Counted from the first letter of the stretch, positions 9,448 through 22,978 are shown. The stretch is DNA of 64,000 nucleotides from Vicugna vicugna (GCA_013265495.1 MU057711.1:372001-436000), one strand, 5' to 3'. Notes: generated from the letters alone by a model not told the origin. Made by a program: numbers and translations.

Positions 9448-10818
9448 TGGTTCTTCCACCAAGATGAATAGATGTACTTATCTCTAGTCTCCTTTCAAAG
9501 TAGAGCTAAAGTCCCTGAACATTATATATAAAGCAAACACAAGAAGATGCAGAAACACTGAGTGAAGAAGGCAGACGGGTTAAGGACCTCTGGGCAACAT
9601 GATGATGGGTTCTCTTGTTTTCTTTTGACTTCATATATCCCAGACTTGGCAACCTGGAAATAATAATGGGTGCAGACCAAAAAAAAAAAAAAAATCCCAG
9701 CAAAGTCCTGGACAGGGGCAGCCTAGGAAGATAGGAAGCAGACAGTAACTGCTCTACTCCAGCGAAAAACCATGGAAAAAAATTATGGCCCTTATCCTCA
9801 CCCATGTCATCAAAGTCATGGAAGCCTAGAGGGGAGCCTAGACTTCTACCATCATGAGGCTGTACAGAGGTACCCCAACATTACCCCCAAAGAGGTGGTG
9901 TCAGGGAAGGCCAAGTAGGAATGTGGGACTTCACACCTGCTAGCAGGTAATGAGGCCAGCCTCTGTGGTGCCAATGGAGATCAAGTGGGAAACAAAGACT
10001 TGCACAACACCCAGCAGTTACACGGCTCCCCTCCCCTTCCCATTGGGAGGTAGCAAAGCAGGACTAGGGCAGAGCCAGGACTTTTACTGTAGCCCAGTGG
10101 TAATGAAGCTTCTCTGACAACAGTGTCAACGGAGACCATGTGGGGAGCTGGCACTCTCACTCCTGCTCAGCAGTAAGGAGGAGCCCTCAATGCACAGGTG
10201 TCAGTGGAGGCTGAAGGGAACCTGGACTTCTGCTCCCAGCTGGTAGTAACAAGGCACTGCCCCTACTCATCCTGAGAGAGCAGTGTCAGAAAAATCCAAC
10301 TGAAAAAAACTAAATAATATCCTGAAATCACTCATTATACCAAAAATCACTCATTATACCAAGAAGAACCAGAAAGATCTCAAACTGAATGAAAATACAA
10401 TCAACACATGTCAACACCAAAATGACAGAAAGTTTAGAATTAACTGACAAATATTTCAAAGCAGGCAGAGAAAAATGCCTCAATGAGCAAGTATTAATTC
10501 ATTATGAATTATGTAGTAAGAGAAACATTGAAAACATCAGCAAAGAAATAGAAAACATACAAAGCAGCTAAACGCAGCTTTTAGAACTGAAAAATGTGAG
10601 AACTAAAAAAGGCCCCTCAGTTTATGGGATCAAGGGCAGAATGAAGGGAACAGAGAATAAGTGAAGATAGAATAATAGAAAATGCCCAATCTAAACAATA
10701 GGGTGAAAATATTTGAACAGAGTCTCAGGGACCTATGAGAATATAATAAAAGATTTAACATTAGTGTCATCAGAGTCTCCAAAGGAGGGAGAAAAAATCT
10801 GGCTGAAAAAGTACCTGA
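9448..10818 (+). mobile_element. Old L1M 5'UTR (with internal repeats) and 5' ORF1
   Basis: caagatg start, repeated ggacttc..cagcagtaa..gagg units 9900-10270, ORF1-like agtctcagggacctatgag..cattagtgtcatcagagtc. Confidence 0.7.
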
Positions 10819-13569
10819 TAATTATTGATAGATATATATTTACTGCCATTTGAAAACTTGTTCTTCTGTTGATTTTGTATTTCATTTTTGTTCCTTTATT
10901 TTTTTGTTTTTCCTTTTTGTGATTTGATGGTTTTATTTTGTATTAAGCTTGTGTTTTCTTTTTTCTTTCTTCTTCTCTCTTTTTTTTTTTTTTGCGAGTC
11001 TATTGCACGTTTTTGACTTGTAGCTACCCTATTTTTCAAGTATGTTAACCCATTACTATAGATACTTGCTTTAGACTGGTAGTCATACAGGCTCAAAGAC
11101 CTTCTAAAAAAACTCTACATCTCCTTACTCTTCTCCCCAACATTTTGTGATTTTTAATGTCCTTTTTTACCTCTTCATGTTTAGCCTTTTGCTATTCATT
11201 GTAGTCATAATTACTTTCACAAATTTTTTTTGATTTTTTTTTTTAATCCATGTACTGGCTGATTTAAGTGATTTACTTTCCAATTGTGACTTTCTCTTTC
11301 CTATAGATTCTTGCTTCTTTTCTGTTTAGAGAAGACATTTCAATATTTCTTTTAGGGTAGGTTTAGTCTTGCTATATTCTTTTAGTTTTTGCTTGTTTGA
11401 GAAATTCTTTATCACTCTTTCTGTTCAAAAGAATAGACTTGCTGGGTAGAGCATACCAGGTTGAACATTTTTTCCCTTTCAGGACTTTGAATATATCTTG
11501 CCACACCTTTCTGGCCTGCAACATTTCTGTAGAGAAATCAGCTAATATTCTTATGGAGATGCCTTTGTAATTAACTCTTTGCTTTCCTCTTATTGCCTTT
11601 AGAATCTTCTCTTTATCTTTAACTTTGGCCCTTTTAATTATAATGTATCTTGGTGTAGGTCTGCTGGGTTCCTCTTGTTTGGGATCTTCTTTGCTTCCTG
11701 AACCCGGATATCTGTTTCCTTCTTTAGTTTTGGGAAGTTTTCAGTCATGATTTCTTCAAATACATTTTTGATACCCTTTTCTCTTTCTTCTCCTTCTGGG
11801 ACCCTATTCTGTATAGATTGGAATGCCTTTTACTATCCCAAAGGTCTCATACATTGCTTTCATTTTTAAAATTTGTCTTTCTGTTTGCTGGTCTGATTGG
11901 GTGGTTTCCATTATTCTGTCTTCCAGATTATTTATTCATTCTTCTGCATTACCTAGTTTGCTATTTATTGCCTTTAGCTCAGCTTTTGTCTCAGCAAATG
12001 CATTTTCTAATGTTAATTGCCCCCTCTTTACAGTTTCTAGTTCCTTTTTAGAGTAATGTGCATTCTACCAATAGCCTTTTAAAATTCTATCAGTATTTTC
12101 ACCACCTCCTTTTTGAACTCAGGATCTGATAGTCTGGATATGCTTGCTTCATAGTTTGTTCTTTCAGTAGAATTCTCTTGATCTTTTAATTGAGAGTGGT
12201 TCCTCCACTTCTTTGTTTTACTTATACTTCTCTATGAATTTAGGAAAAACAGTCATCTACTGTGATCACGAATGTCTCTTTTTATGTGGAATGTCCCTGT
12301 ATAGCTTCTGTGAGTTTAATATTTTTGTTGTGAAGGCTAGACACTGAGTATTCCTCCACAGAAGATTTCCACTGGTGCACTCTGTGGTGTTACTTGTCGT
12401 TGGTCATGTGGGGTCACAAAATACAGGTTTGGCATTGCCTTCAGCCCCACCTCAACCGTGGAAATTTAGGCAGTTGGCCCTGGTGCCCCTCAGTCACTGT
12501 GCTCACAAAGCCACTAGGGCAGGCCTGTTGGCACACAACTGCTGAGGTCAGGCACCAGGACTGCTGTCATCGTGCACCTGGACCTCCATGGGAGCTACCG
12601 AGTCAGCCCAGACCCCAGCCTCGCCTCTGAGTGCCTGCACCCGCAGAGCCAGCAGCCGCTACCTTGAGGCCACCCCAGCCACAGGAACACCAGTAACCTG
12701 CTCGGATGTCCCACAGACACTGAGTTTCCAAGTCACCTGTGGTGTTGTAAATCTGTGGATTGTGCAGCTGCTGGGACTCTCAGATTTCAGCCCTGCTTCT
12801 GAAGTTCTGGGCATCTGGGGATCAGCTCAGATTTCAGCCCCACCTCCGTGTGGTTGCAACACACTGGGGCTTCCTCACTCTCAGAACTTGTAGAGGAGGA
12901 GCTGCACCTACTGTGAGGACATCAAGAATGAAGCTGCTCTGGCAGGCCTGCCACTCCCTTTGAGCATGCAGGTTAATGATGGGGCTTCAATGGGGGACTT
13001 GGGCTCCTTCTTGTGCAGACTCCCAGTTGTGGCCCGGAGCACTCTCCAGCCCTTTCAGGCTGTCTCCACATAGCCAGCCCCAGTTCTCTCCCCAGGTCTG
13101 TCCTCTGAAGTCTGAGTTTCAGCATCCAGCTCCTGTGCCCACCAGCAGACATACATCTTGGGCTGGGGAATGCAGCAAGGTGGCACGGACTGTCTATGCT
13201 GGTCTCTCTTTGTTCTGCCTGCTGCAAACTGGCTGCTGCAGTCCCCTCTGCACTTCTGAAGCTCCCTTTCTGTCCCGGCTGATCTCTCCATTGATGAAAG
13301 TGCTTCCCAGAATGAGGGAACATTTCCTCTCTCACAGGTCCATCCCAGAAGCAGAGGTCCTGTCCTGATTTCTTTTTTTTTTCTCTTTTATCCTACCTGG
13401 TTATGCAGTGATCTTTCTTGCAATTTTGCAAGATGATTTACAAGAACTTCTGGCAGCATTCAGCAGGTATTCTGTGAGAACTGTTCCATATGTAGATGCA
13501 TTTTTAGTGTATTATTTGTGGGAGGAGGTGATCCTTCTATTCCATCATCTTTATCCACCCTTCCCTCCC
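10819..13569 (-). mobile_element. L1 5'UTR + ORF1 + inter-ORF spacer, truncated at the first codons of ORF2
   Basis: 5' end aagatgatggaatagaagg (reverse complement ~13535-13555); ORF1 ~11200-12240; spacer homologous to 8020-8185; ORF2 start atggcagtaaat at ~10850. Confidence 0.85.
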
Positions 13570-14800
13570 ATAACCACTTTAAATGTGAACAGTCTAAACA
13601 TGCCAATGAAACGATAGAGACTATGAGAATGGATTAAAAAAAAGATGATCCAACTATATGTGGTCTATAAAAAAAGGTTTTTTTAATATAAAAGCACAAA
13701 TAGGTTAAAAATAAAGGAATGGATCATGTATAAAAACCTGCAGCTAACATCATATTCAATGATGAAAGATTGAAAACTTTTTCTCTAAGATTAGGGGCAA
13801 GACAATGATGTCCATTCTTGCCACTTTTATTCAACATAATATTGAAGTCCTGGCCAGAGCAATTAGTCAAGAAGGAGGAAAAAAGGCATCCAAATGGTAA
13901 AGGAAGAAGTAAAATTATCTCTGTTCACAGATCACGTGCTCTTATATGTAGAAACCTCCAAAGATGCCACAAAAAACTTACTAGAACTAATAAATGAATT
14001 CAAAAACGTTGTAGGATACAAAACCAACACATAAAAATCAGTACAGCATTTCTTGACACTAATAATGAACAGTCAGAAAAGGAAACCAAGAAAATCAATT
14101 CTATTTATGATAGTATGAAAAATAATAAAATACTGAGAAATAACAGATAAACAAATATGGTATATACACACAATGGAATATCATTCAGCCTTATAAGAAA
14201 ATCCCGTCACATGCTACAATATAGATGATTCTTGAGGACATAACGCTAAGTGAAATAGCTAATCACAAAAAGACAAATAATTTATGATTCCACTTATATA
14301 AGGTATTTAAAGGAGTCAAATTCATAGAAACAGAAAGTAACAGAAGCAGAAAGCATCATTCAGTGGTTACCAGGACAAGGGGGGAGGGAGAAACAGGAAT
14401 TTGTTTAATCGGTATGAAGTTTCAGTTTTACAAGATGAAAAAGTTCTGGAGATCTATTGCACAACAAATTGAATATATTTAACACAACTGAACAGTGCAC
14501 TTAAAAATGGTGAAGATGGTAAATTTTATGTTGTGGTTTTTAACACAATCAAAAAGAAGGAAAAAAAGTAAAAGAATGGAGAAAGATATCCCTAACACTA
14601 TTGAAAGCTGGAGCAGCTATACGAATTTGAGAGAAAGCAGACTTCAGAGCAAGGAAAACTATCGTGGAGAAAGAGATGTGGTATATAATGATAATGGGGA
14701 AAATTCTCCAGGAGATATAACAGTCCTTAATGTATATGAGCCTAACAACAAAGCATCAAAATACATGAGGCAAAAACTGATAGAACTGCAAGGAAAAATT
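13570..14800 (+). mobile_element. Old L1MC/MD-type ORF2 endonuclease region interrupted by an L1MB
   Basis: ITTLNVNSLNMPMKR; DITVLNVYEPNNKASKYMRQKLIELQG. Confidence 0.8.
13724..14563 (+). mobile_element. L1MB-type element (RT fragment joined to 3'UTR)
   Basis: agctaacatcatattcaat..ggccagagcaattag; 3'UTR gtttcagttttacaagatgaaaaagttctggagat; TSD aaaaataaaggaatgga (13707-13723) / aaaagtaaaagaatgga (14564-14580). Confidence 0.8.
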
Positions 14801-16250
14801 AATGCATTCTCATGGGGAGAGTCAGATAATAAACAAATTAGTACATATAGTTTGCAAGTTAGTAATTTGTGGTTTGGAAGAAAATAAAGCACCGAAGGTG
14901 AATTTGGAGTGTTGGGGGAGAGTTACAATTTAAATAGGGAGATTAGATGAGACCTCACTACTCAGACGACATTTGAGAAAATAATCTTCTGGTCAAAGGA
15001 AACAGCAACTGTACAGAAGCTTGTAGTGGGAACCTGCCTAGCATATTAGAGATCTTTGTGGGTGGAAGGGAATTAGTTAAGAGAAGGGCAGTGGGGCCAG
15101 AATATATTGTTATGTGGGCTATTGTAGGGATTTTGGCTTTCATTCTGAAAGAAATGAGGGTTTTGAATAGAGCTGTGACATGATATAGCTGGCAGTTTAG
15201 CAGAATGTGGTATAATAAAAAATAAATTTGGTCTTTGTCTCTTAAAGCCCTTGGAATTTTCTGAGTGATAGGAGTGTCTTTTGTATGTTAATGAGATGAC
15301 TTATGGTAGGGGTGGGGTTGAGGGATGGGGGCAGTGTGGCTAGATGACTTCCGGATAAGGGCTGGTCACACTCCCAAGATTAGATGTTTTGAAATTCCAG
15401 CCTCACTTCCCCACTCCCGTCACCTCTGGGGAGGAAAGTGGGTGGGGTTGGAGACTGGCCATTGATTTAATTAATCGTGCCCACACAATGAAACCTTTAT
15501 TAAAACTCTAAAATACTTTGGCTAGGGGAGCTTCCAGATTGGTGTCCACACTGCTGAGAAGGTGGAGGGCCTGGACAGAGCACGAAAGCACTGTGATATT
15601 CCACCTTTCACCCCACATCCCCCAATACCTTGCCCTATGCATCCGCTCCTTTTGGCTGCTCCCAATATACATCCTTTATAATAAAACGGCACTAGTTTAG
15701 CAAAGTGCTTTTCTGAGTTCTGTGAGTCATTCTAGCCAGTTATCAAATTTGAGTGAGTGGGCAGATCATGGGAACCCTCAAACTTGTAGTTGGCCAGACA
15801 GAAGTGTAGGTATCCTGAGGACTCCATTTGTAGATGGTTTCTGATGTGGGAACAGCCTTGTGGGAATGAAGTCTTCCCCTGTGAGGTCTGTACTAACTCT
15901 GGGTGGTTGGTGTCAGAATTGAATAGAATTGTAGGACACCCAGTTGGTGTCAGAAAATTGGAGAATTGGTTATTATTGGAAAAAGCACACAACATGGGAT
16001 CCCTCTGGTTGTTATTTGGAGGGCAGCATGAAGAGGATCAACAACAGAAGAAGCAGGGAGACCAATCAGGTTTCCTACTGCAGTAATCCAGGAGGGACAC
16101 AGCAGTAGTCATGATGAGATGTGTTTGGATTTTGGATGGATTTTCAAGGCAAAGCCAACGTGATTTGCTCATGGATTAGATACGGGATGGGAGAGAAAGA
16201 GGAGTTGAGTTTGATTCAAGGTTTGGGCATGTGGAAATACAGTGCCTTCT
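14801..16250 (-). mobile_element. L2 fragment split by MER21
   Basis: ggaaacagcaactgtacagaagc, gattttggctttcattctga, gcagggagaccaatcagg..ctactgcagtaatccagg, gatttgctcatggattaga. Confidence 0.75.
15206..15994 (+). mobile_element. MER21-like ERVL LTR
   Basis: tgtggtataataa..atttggtctttgtc, aagcccttggaatt, ttttctgagttctgtgagtcattctagc, ttgtaggacacccagttggtgtc. Confidence 0.85.
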
Positions 16251-17508
16251 CAATGCCTTTAGTGAAGGAAGTGTCCTCTGGGCTCTCTTGAAAAATATAG
16301 TGAAGGGTTGGGTGGGCAGGTCACACACGATAAATATATTCCAACACTCTTATCTTTCTATGTATGTGGATTTCTTCTGTATTGTACCAAGAAATGTCTG
16401 GCACTTACACTACATTCAGTGCAGGTCACCGTGTAGTCTAGTTTTACTCAACCGAACAGGCAAACATTTAGAACCACAAGGAGCTGTAGTTAGTGCATTG
16501 AATTCAGTCTCTGGTGAGCACATCCACAATGAGAGATGCAGACTGAACTAGGTCAACTTCTGCCTTCTGTGCTGAGTACCTTCAGAATTCATTTCATACG
16601 TATCTTCCAGGGTTTTGCTGCAGTTATTTTTTTAGTGTTTTGGCCTTCTCCTGGATTGGATTTTGAGTTTGATCTGACCCGAGATTGATCTGGAGTTCAG
16701 CCTAAGTGCAGTGAGAGGCATTGAGTATGGGATCCAAGGAGAATTAATGTCCCCTTGCAATGTGAGGTCATTATGGGGTCCTCAGCTGAGGCATCACAAG
16801 TTAAGATAGAGTAGAAATGGCTGTTTCTGCAGCAAACAGGGTGTCAGTGGGGTTTGGGGGTTTAGAATACTCAAGAGTCAACTAACTCCTCCCAAATATT
16901 GCCAATTCAATCCTCAAGGTGCCATTTCCGCCTCACTCAGTGCCGTAATTTTCACATAAAGGATCAGAAAAGAGTATGAATTCAGCAGCCCACAGGGCCA
17001 GACTTCACTTCTTATTTTTGCTTATGTCCGCCTTGTGGATATTAAAAAATAAGATTCTTTTGTAGCAGTTATTAAAACTCTTCTACCATGCCTTGGAATA
17101 AACCTAACTCAGAGCCTGTAATTTTTTTTGCTTTAAGTTTTCTACTACAGTGAGAAATGCCTTGCAGTCTTCTTGAGCTCATGGTGATATACCCCATCAG
17201 CCATTCCATCCACCGAAGTCTTGATTTCAGTAGGCCTTTGATTCCAAGTGGCCACATCACTTTTATCGCTGGAGCCAAGGACCATTTCCAATTATCCTTA
17301 AATCTTCACTGTCTTCAAACTCAAGCATGTGAGTTAGTCACTCCCATATTCTCATTCCCTTGAGGATTTTTGACGTTGAAGCCATCACTTTTGTGGTTCA
17401 CTTTACTGGTTGAAATGCCTAGTCACACTAAGCTAGTTGAAGGAAAAGACACTTATTAAGAGCTGTAGCTGGATCTCAGAATCACTCAGAGGGCTGAATG
17501 AACAGAGT

Positions 17509-17775
17509 TGTAATGGCTAATTTTAGGTATCAACTTGACTGGGCCATGAGATGCTCAGATATTTGATTAAAATTATCCTGGGTGCTTCTGTGAAGGTGCT
17601 TATGGATGAGATTAACATAAAAATTGATCAACTGAGTAAAATAGATTGATGCCCTAAATGTGGGTGAGCCTCATCCAGTCAGTTGAAGGCCTGATAGAAC
17701 AAAAAAGCTGATTCTTCTTTGAGTAAGAGAGAATTCCATCTGCCCAGTTGCCATCAAACTAGTACATTGGTTCAT
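17509..17775 (+). mobile_element. MLT2 LTR, 5' half
   Basis: tgtaatggctaattttaggtatcaacttgactgggcca..gatgagattaaca..catccagtcagttgaaggcctg. Confidence 0.85.
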
Positions 17776-19420
17776 TTTTATTTTTATTTTTATTTTTTAA
17801 TTGAAGTATAGTTGATTTACACCATTGTGTTAGTTTCAGATGTATAGCAAAGCGATTCAATTACTTATATATGTATAATATATTCTTTTCTATTATAGGT
17901 TATTACAAAGTATTGATTATAGGCACCTGTGCTATACAATAGGTCTTCATTGTTTATCATTTTATATATAGTGGTGTGTACATGTTAATCACAAACTCCT
18001 AATTTATCACTCTCCCCAACCCCTTTTCCACTTTGGTAACCACAGTTTGTTTTCTATGTCCATGAGTCTATTTCTGGTTTGTAAGAAAAATTTGTATCTT
18101 TTTTTTGATTACTTTTTCTCTGTCTGACTTACTTCACTTAAAAATGATAATCTCTGGGTCCATCCATGTTGCTGCAAATAGTATTATTTCATTCATTTTT
18201 ATGGCTGAGTAATATTCCATTATATATACACATACATGTACCATGTCTTCTTTATCCATTCATTTGTCATTGGGTGCATGTATCTTTTTGAGTTAGAGTT
18301 TTCTCCAGATAAATGCCCAGGATTGGGATTGCTGGGTCATATGGTAACTCTATCTTTAGTATTTTAAGGACTGTCCATACTGTTCTCCTTAGTGGCTGCA
18401 GCAATTTACATTTCCACAAACCAAGTAGTAGGATTCCTTTTTCTCCACACTTTCTCCAGCTTGTAGACTTTTTAATGATGGCCATTCTGACTGGTGTGTG
18501 GTGATACCTCATTGTAGTTTTATTTGCATTTCTCTAATAATTAGCAATGTTGAGCATCTTTTCGTGTGCCTGTTGGCCATCTATATGTCTTCCCTGGAGA
18601 AATGTCTATTTAGGTCCTCTGCCCATTTTCTGACTGGTTATTTGCTCTTTGATATTAAGCTGTATGAGTTGTTTGTATATTTTGGAAATTAACCCTTTGT
18701 AGGTCTCATCGTTTCCAAATATTTTCTCCCAGTCCTTATGTTGCCTTTTCATTTTTTTTATGGTTTCCTTTGTTGTGCAAAAGCTTTTAAGTTTAATCAG
18801 ATCCCATTTACTTATTTTTGCTTTTATTTCCATTATTCTAGGAGATGGATCCAAAAAATATTGCTGCAATTTTTGTCAAAGAATGTTCTATGTTTACCTC
18901 TAGGAGTTTGAGTATCTGGTCTTACATTTAGTATTTAATCCATTTTGAGTTTATTTTTGTATATGGTGTTAGAGGATGTTCTAATTTCATTCTTATACAT
19001 GTAGCGGTCCAGTTTTGCCAGCATCACTTATTGAAGAGAGTCTTTTTTCCATTGTATAGTCTTGCTTCCTTTGCCATTGATTAATTGACCAAAAGATATG
19101 GGTTTATTTCAGGACTTTCTATCCTGTTCCATTGATCAGTGTGAATGTTTTTGTGCCAGTACCATAATGTTTTTGTTACTGTAGCTTTGTAGTGTTGTCA
19201 GAAGTCGGGGAGTATGATTCCTCCAGCTTTATTCTTTTTTCTCAATGTTGTTTTGGCTATTTGAAGTCTTTTGTGTTTCCACACAAATTTAACAAGTTTT
19301 TCTTCTAGTTCTGTGAAAAATACCAGTGGTAATTTGATGGAGATTTCACTGAATCGGTATATTGCCTTGGGTCACATGGCCATTTAACAATATTGATTCT
19401 TCCAATCCAAGGACATGTTA
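17776..19420 (-). mobile_element. L1 3' ORF2 + 3'UTR
   Basis: T-tail and ttgaagtatagttgatttac; [46 protein letters not shown]. Confidence 0.9.
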
Positions 19421-19804
19421 TATAGACTGGCTGAATGGATACAAGACAAGACCCGTATATTTGCTGCCTATAAGACTCACTTCAGATCTAAAGACACATG
19501 CAGACTAAAAGTGAGAGGATAGAAAAAGGTATCCCACACAAATGAATATCAAAAGAAAGATGGAGTAGCAATATTTATGTCAGACAAAATAGACTTTAAA
19601 ATAAAGACTGTTACAAGAGACAAAGATGGTCACTACATAATGATCAAGGGATCAATCCATGAAGACACGACAATTGTAAATATATATGCACTTAACATAG
19701 GAGCACCTCAAATATATAAGAGAAATATAACAGACATAAAGGGAGAAATTGACAGTAACACAATAACAGTGGGGGACCTTAACCTTAACACCCACTTACA
19801 TCAA
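19421..19804 (+). mobile_element. Inverted L1 ORF2 endonuclease fragment fused to the previous element
   Basis: MSDKIDFKIKTVTRDKDGHYIMIKGSIHEDTTIVNIYALNIGAP..IDSNTITVGDLN. Confidence 0.85.
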
Positions 19805-20079
19805 AGCCAGGAAGTGGCTTTGCTCGGCACATGGCTACTTAACCTCTTAAGCTGTTGACAATTTCTATTAAAAATCACCTTTGAGACTGGAGAAGAAGTT
19901 CTTATAGTGGCTCCTTCCCAGGGGTAGGGTGGGAGGAGCTGGCTTTCACTAAAGCCACCTTCCCAGGGGTGGTGGAGGTTGAGGAATATGGAGTCAGGGA
20001 GAGGAGTGACCCTGGTCCCCAAGATCTGGTTCTAATCCAGCAAGATCACAGTGTCACCTGGACTGCTTACCCCATGTAA

Positions 20080-20215
20080 AACTGCCACAAGCCTATGAAG
20101 TAGATCCTATTATTTCTCTTTTACTGATATGAACACTGAGGCTCAGAGAGGTAAGGTGACTTGCTGCAGGTCACACAACTTGGAGGTAGTGGGTCAGGCA
20201 GACCTGACTCTGTCA
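20080..20215 (-). mobile_element. MIR
   Basis: cactgaggctcagagaggtaaggtgacttgc..ggtcacaca. Confidence 0.75.
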
Positions 20216-22041
20216 AATAACTCCTTATCTGCAATGCTGACAGTTGCTGAGTGTGTGAGTGGGTGAGTGACTCAGGCTTCTCATCTCAGGGTGAGTCATC
20301 CTGGGTGGTGAGAGGAGGAGGAGGGGACGGCATGATGCCAGCTAGCTCCTGTAGCATCTCCTCCCAGAACCTGGCACCACAGGGCAGTAACTCCTCCTGT
20401 GGGAGGAGCCACAGGAGAGGCCCAGAAGGGACTCAGTTCAGATCAAGAAGCAGACAGTCAACCTAGTCAGAAGGACAGTCCTTTGAAGGTATGAAATCCC
20501 TTGGCTCTGACTCAATAACCTGTTAGGTTAACTTAGCACCTTTCATTTTCCTCTGAAATGACCCTGGGACATTGTACATGTATTTCACACACTCTTCTAT
20601 TTGTGCATTATCTTCTGCAATAAAAAGGTAAAAGGACTCACACATACAACACAAGCAGGGCAGCTGGTATTGTTTGTTTTTTGCAGATGAGGAAACAGAG
20701 GCACAGAAATTATATGATTCGTCTAAACAGAGCTGCCATGTACAGTTGTGCAAGTTTTTCACTGTATAAGGAACTCAGCAGAGAAGTGAGGAAACTGAGC
20801 TACTACCTGTGATAAGATAGCCAAGCTGCCCATGGGCTGCATCTGCTGGAGGAAAGGACACCTTTTTCTGTTTTGCACAAAGATGTCCTTTGGGTTAGGG
20901 GTGGCCCAGTGTCCAGGGTGTGGAAGTGGGTCAGTGGCATCACCGGGAAGAGAGGCCAGGGGTCCAGACTCCTGTAGCTCATCTGTCATGGCCCTTGTCC
21001 ATGTCCTCTTGTCCCTCCCTCCCTTCTGCTGCCCCCAGTCTCTGCCTGCACCCCAACCCTGCCTTCTAAATCCAGCAGCCCTGAAATGAGAAAGCAAAAA
21101 AAAAAAAATTAATGCAAAGGGAGGTCAAATGGAAGTGAAAACAGAATGTAATGAGCTTTAAAAAAGCATCAGCGGCTTCTTCCTGCTGGGACAGGAAGGT
21201 ATGCAAGTGGGGGAAGATGGGACCCTGCTCCTGAGACTCTTTAAAAGGGACAATGCAGCCTGCTCCTGTCTATCCATGCCTCTGGGTTCCTGGCACCCTG
21301 CCAAGTGCAGCTAAAAGTTCTCTTTAGTGGGTAATTTTATGATTTCTTTTTATGCCCCTGTTTTCCTGGAGTAGCTTTATTCATTCCGTCTCGGTGCCTT
21401 GAAGTTCCTTTTGCCCAGCCTGCTGCTTCCTGCAGACTGGCCCTCAATTCCATTCCCTCCAGCTTTCTGCTCCCTGGACAGATGACAGTGCCTCTGGGTG
21501 GTAGGATTTCCTGTGGTCCCAGAGGCTCTGGGCATCCGGAAGGAGAGGACTTTCCAGGGAGGACGGTGTCCTCCCTTCCCACAGACACAGCTGTCCCATC
21601 TGCACCTAAGTGTGCCTTCTCACTATTGCCCACTCAGAATTCATCTTCCTGCTCAGCAGCACCCGGGTTCCTTCCAGGAGTTTCCTCCTTCCCATCATTT
21701 GCTGCCTTGGGGGCGGGCAAGCTCCAGGTCCCTCTTCCCACTACAGAAACTGAGGAAGATAGAGCCTGCCTCTCACTTCCCACCCCCTGGTTTGCAGGGG
21801 ACTGGACAGTGGAACAGGACTTCTGGGGAATTAGACTCAGAGCAAAAGACACGTGAACAGAAGGTGTCCCACACGGGCTGCTCAGGTATGAAAAGCTGCT
21901 GTCCTTCCCGATGCCCAGCTCCTGACGTTTCGGCACCTTCTTGTTTCTCACCCGTTCCACACCCACTGCCCATTATTTCCACCAGCGCCCTGATGTCTTC
22001 AACGGATTCCCTTTGTTTTTGTTGCTTGCAGCCAAGAACCC

Positions 22042-22445
22042 TATCTTAGTCAGCTCGGGCTGCCTTAGCAAAACACCGCAGACTGTGTAGCATGAACAAC
22101 AGACATTTATGTCTCACATTTATGGAGGCTAGAATTCTAGTCCAAGATCAAGGCACCTGCAGATTCGGTTCTCAGTGAGGACCCTCTTTCCAGCTTGCAG
22201 ACAGCCATCTCCTCGCTGTGTGCTCACAGGACCCCCTCTTTGTGGGCTGGCGGGGAAAGAGAGCGAGCACGCTCCCTCATCTCTTCCTCTTCTAAGGGTG
22301 CTAATCTCATCATGAGGGCTCCACCCTCATGACTTAATCTAAACCTAGTTACCTCCAAAGAACCCACCTCCCAATACCATCACATTGTGGGTTAAGGCTT
22401 CAACATATGAATTTTGATGGGGACATAAACATTCAGCCCATAGCA
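22042..22445 (-). mobile_element. MLT1A-type solo LTR
   Basis: tatcttagtc..ggctgcc..caagatcaagg..ggctccaccctcatgac..aacattcagcccatagca; flanks aaccc/aacca. Confidence 0.9.
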
Positions 22446-22789
22446 AACCAGGGTTGATCCAACCGCCAAGTCAGAGGCTTGGTAAGTTACAGCAGATGAG
22501 TAACAAACAGTGTTTCTCTGCCTTTTAATTAAAGGGTGTTGTGGACTCAGCTTTCAGGCCGTGCAACCACTGCTGTCCCCACGTCCCTGACTCCCCAGTG
22601 CTTTCCTCACCACGTCCTCTTTGCCTGGAAGCTACTTGGAGCCATAGTCCCCCTCCAGCTCCCACTTTCCAGTTTCTTAAGACAGATTCCCACACATTTT
22701 CATTTTTAGGAGGTAACAACAAGACTATGCTTAGGGAATCTTTAAAAGGATGAAAACTCAAGTTCTCTTTGAACCGGTGGGATCAACCC

Positions 22790-22978
22790 CCCTGCCTGGC
22801 AGTTTTCTAACTGTGTGGCTTTGGGCAGGTTACTGAGTCATCCCTGCCTCCAGATTCTCGTCTAAAACATGCAATAATAATATGCATGCCTGACGAGTTT
22901 TGTAGGATCAAATGGGGTAACAAACGTAAGGTGCTTAGTATGTTGCTTCACATACAATCACTTAACAAATATGAGCTC
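22790..22978 (+). mobile_element. MIR
   Basis: ctgtgtggctttgggcaggttac..aggatcaaatg..gtaaggtgcttag. Confidence 0.7.

Noticed and set aside
9900..10270. Repeated units resembling an array
   Set aside because: Degenerate internal repeats of an old L1 5'UTR, not CRISPR or a novel satellite.
21337..22049. Overlapping long ORFs up to 183 aa
   Set aside because: No recognisable protein; GC-rich noncoding DNA open in several frames and running into an LTR.
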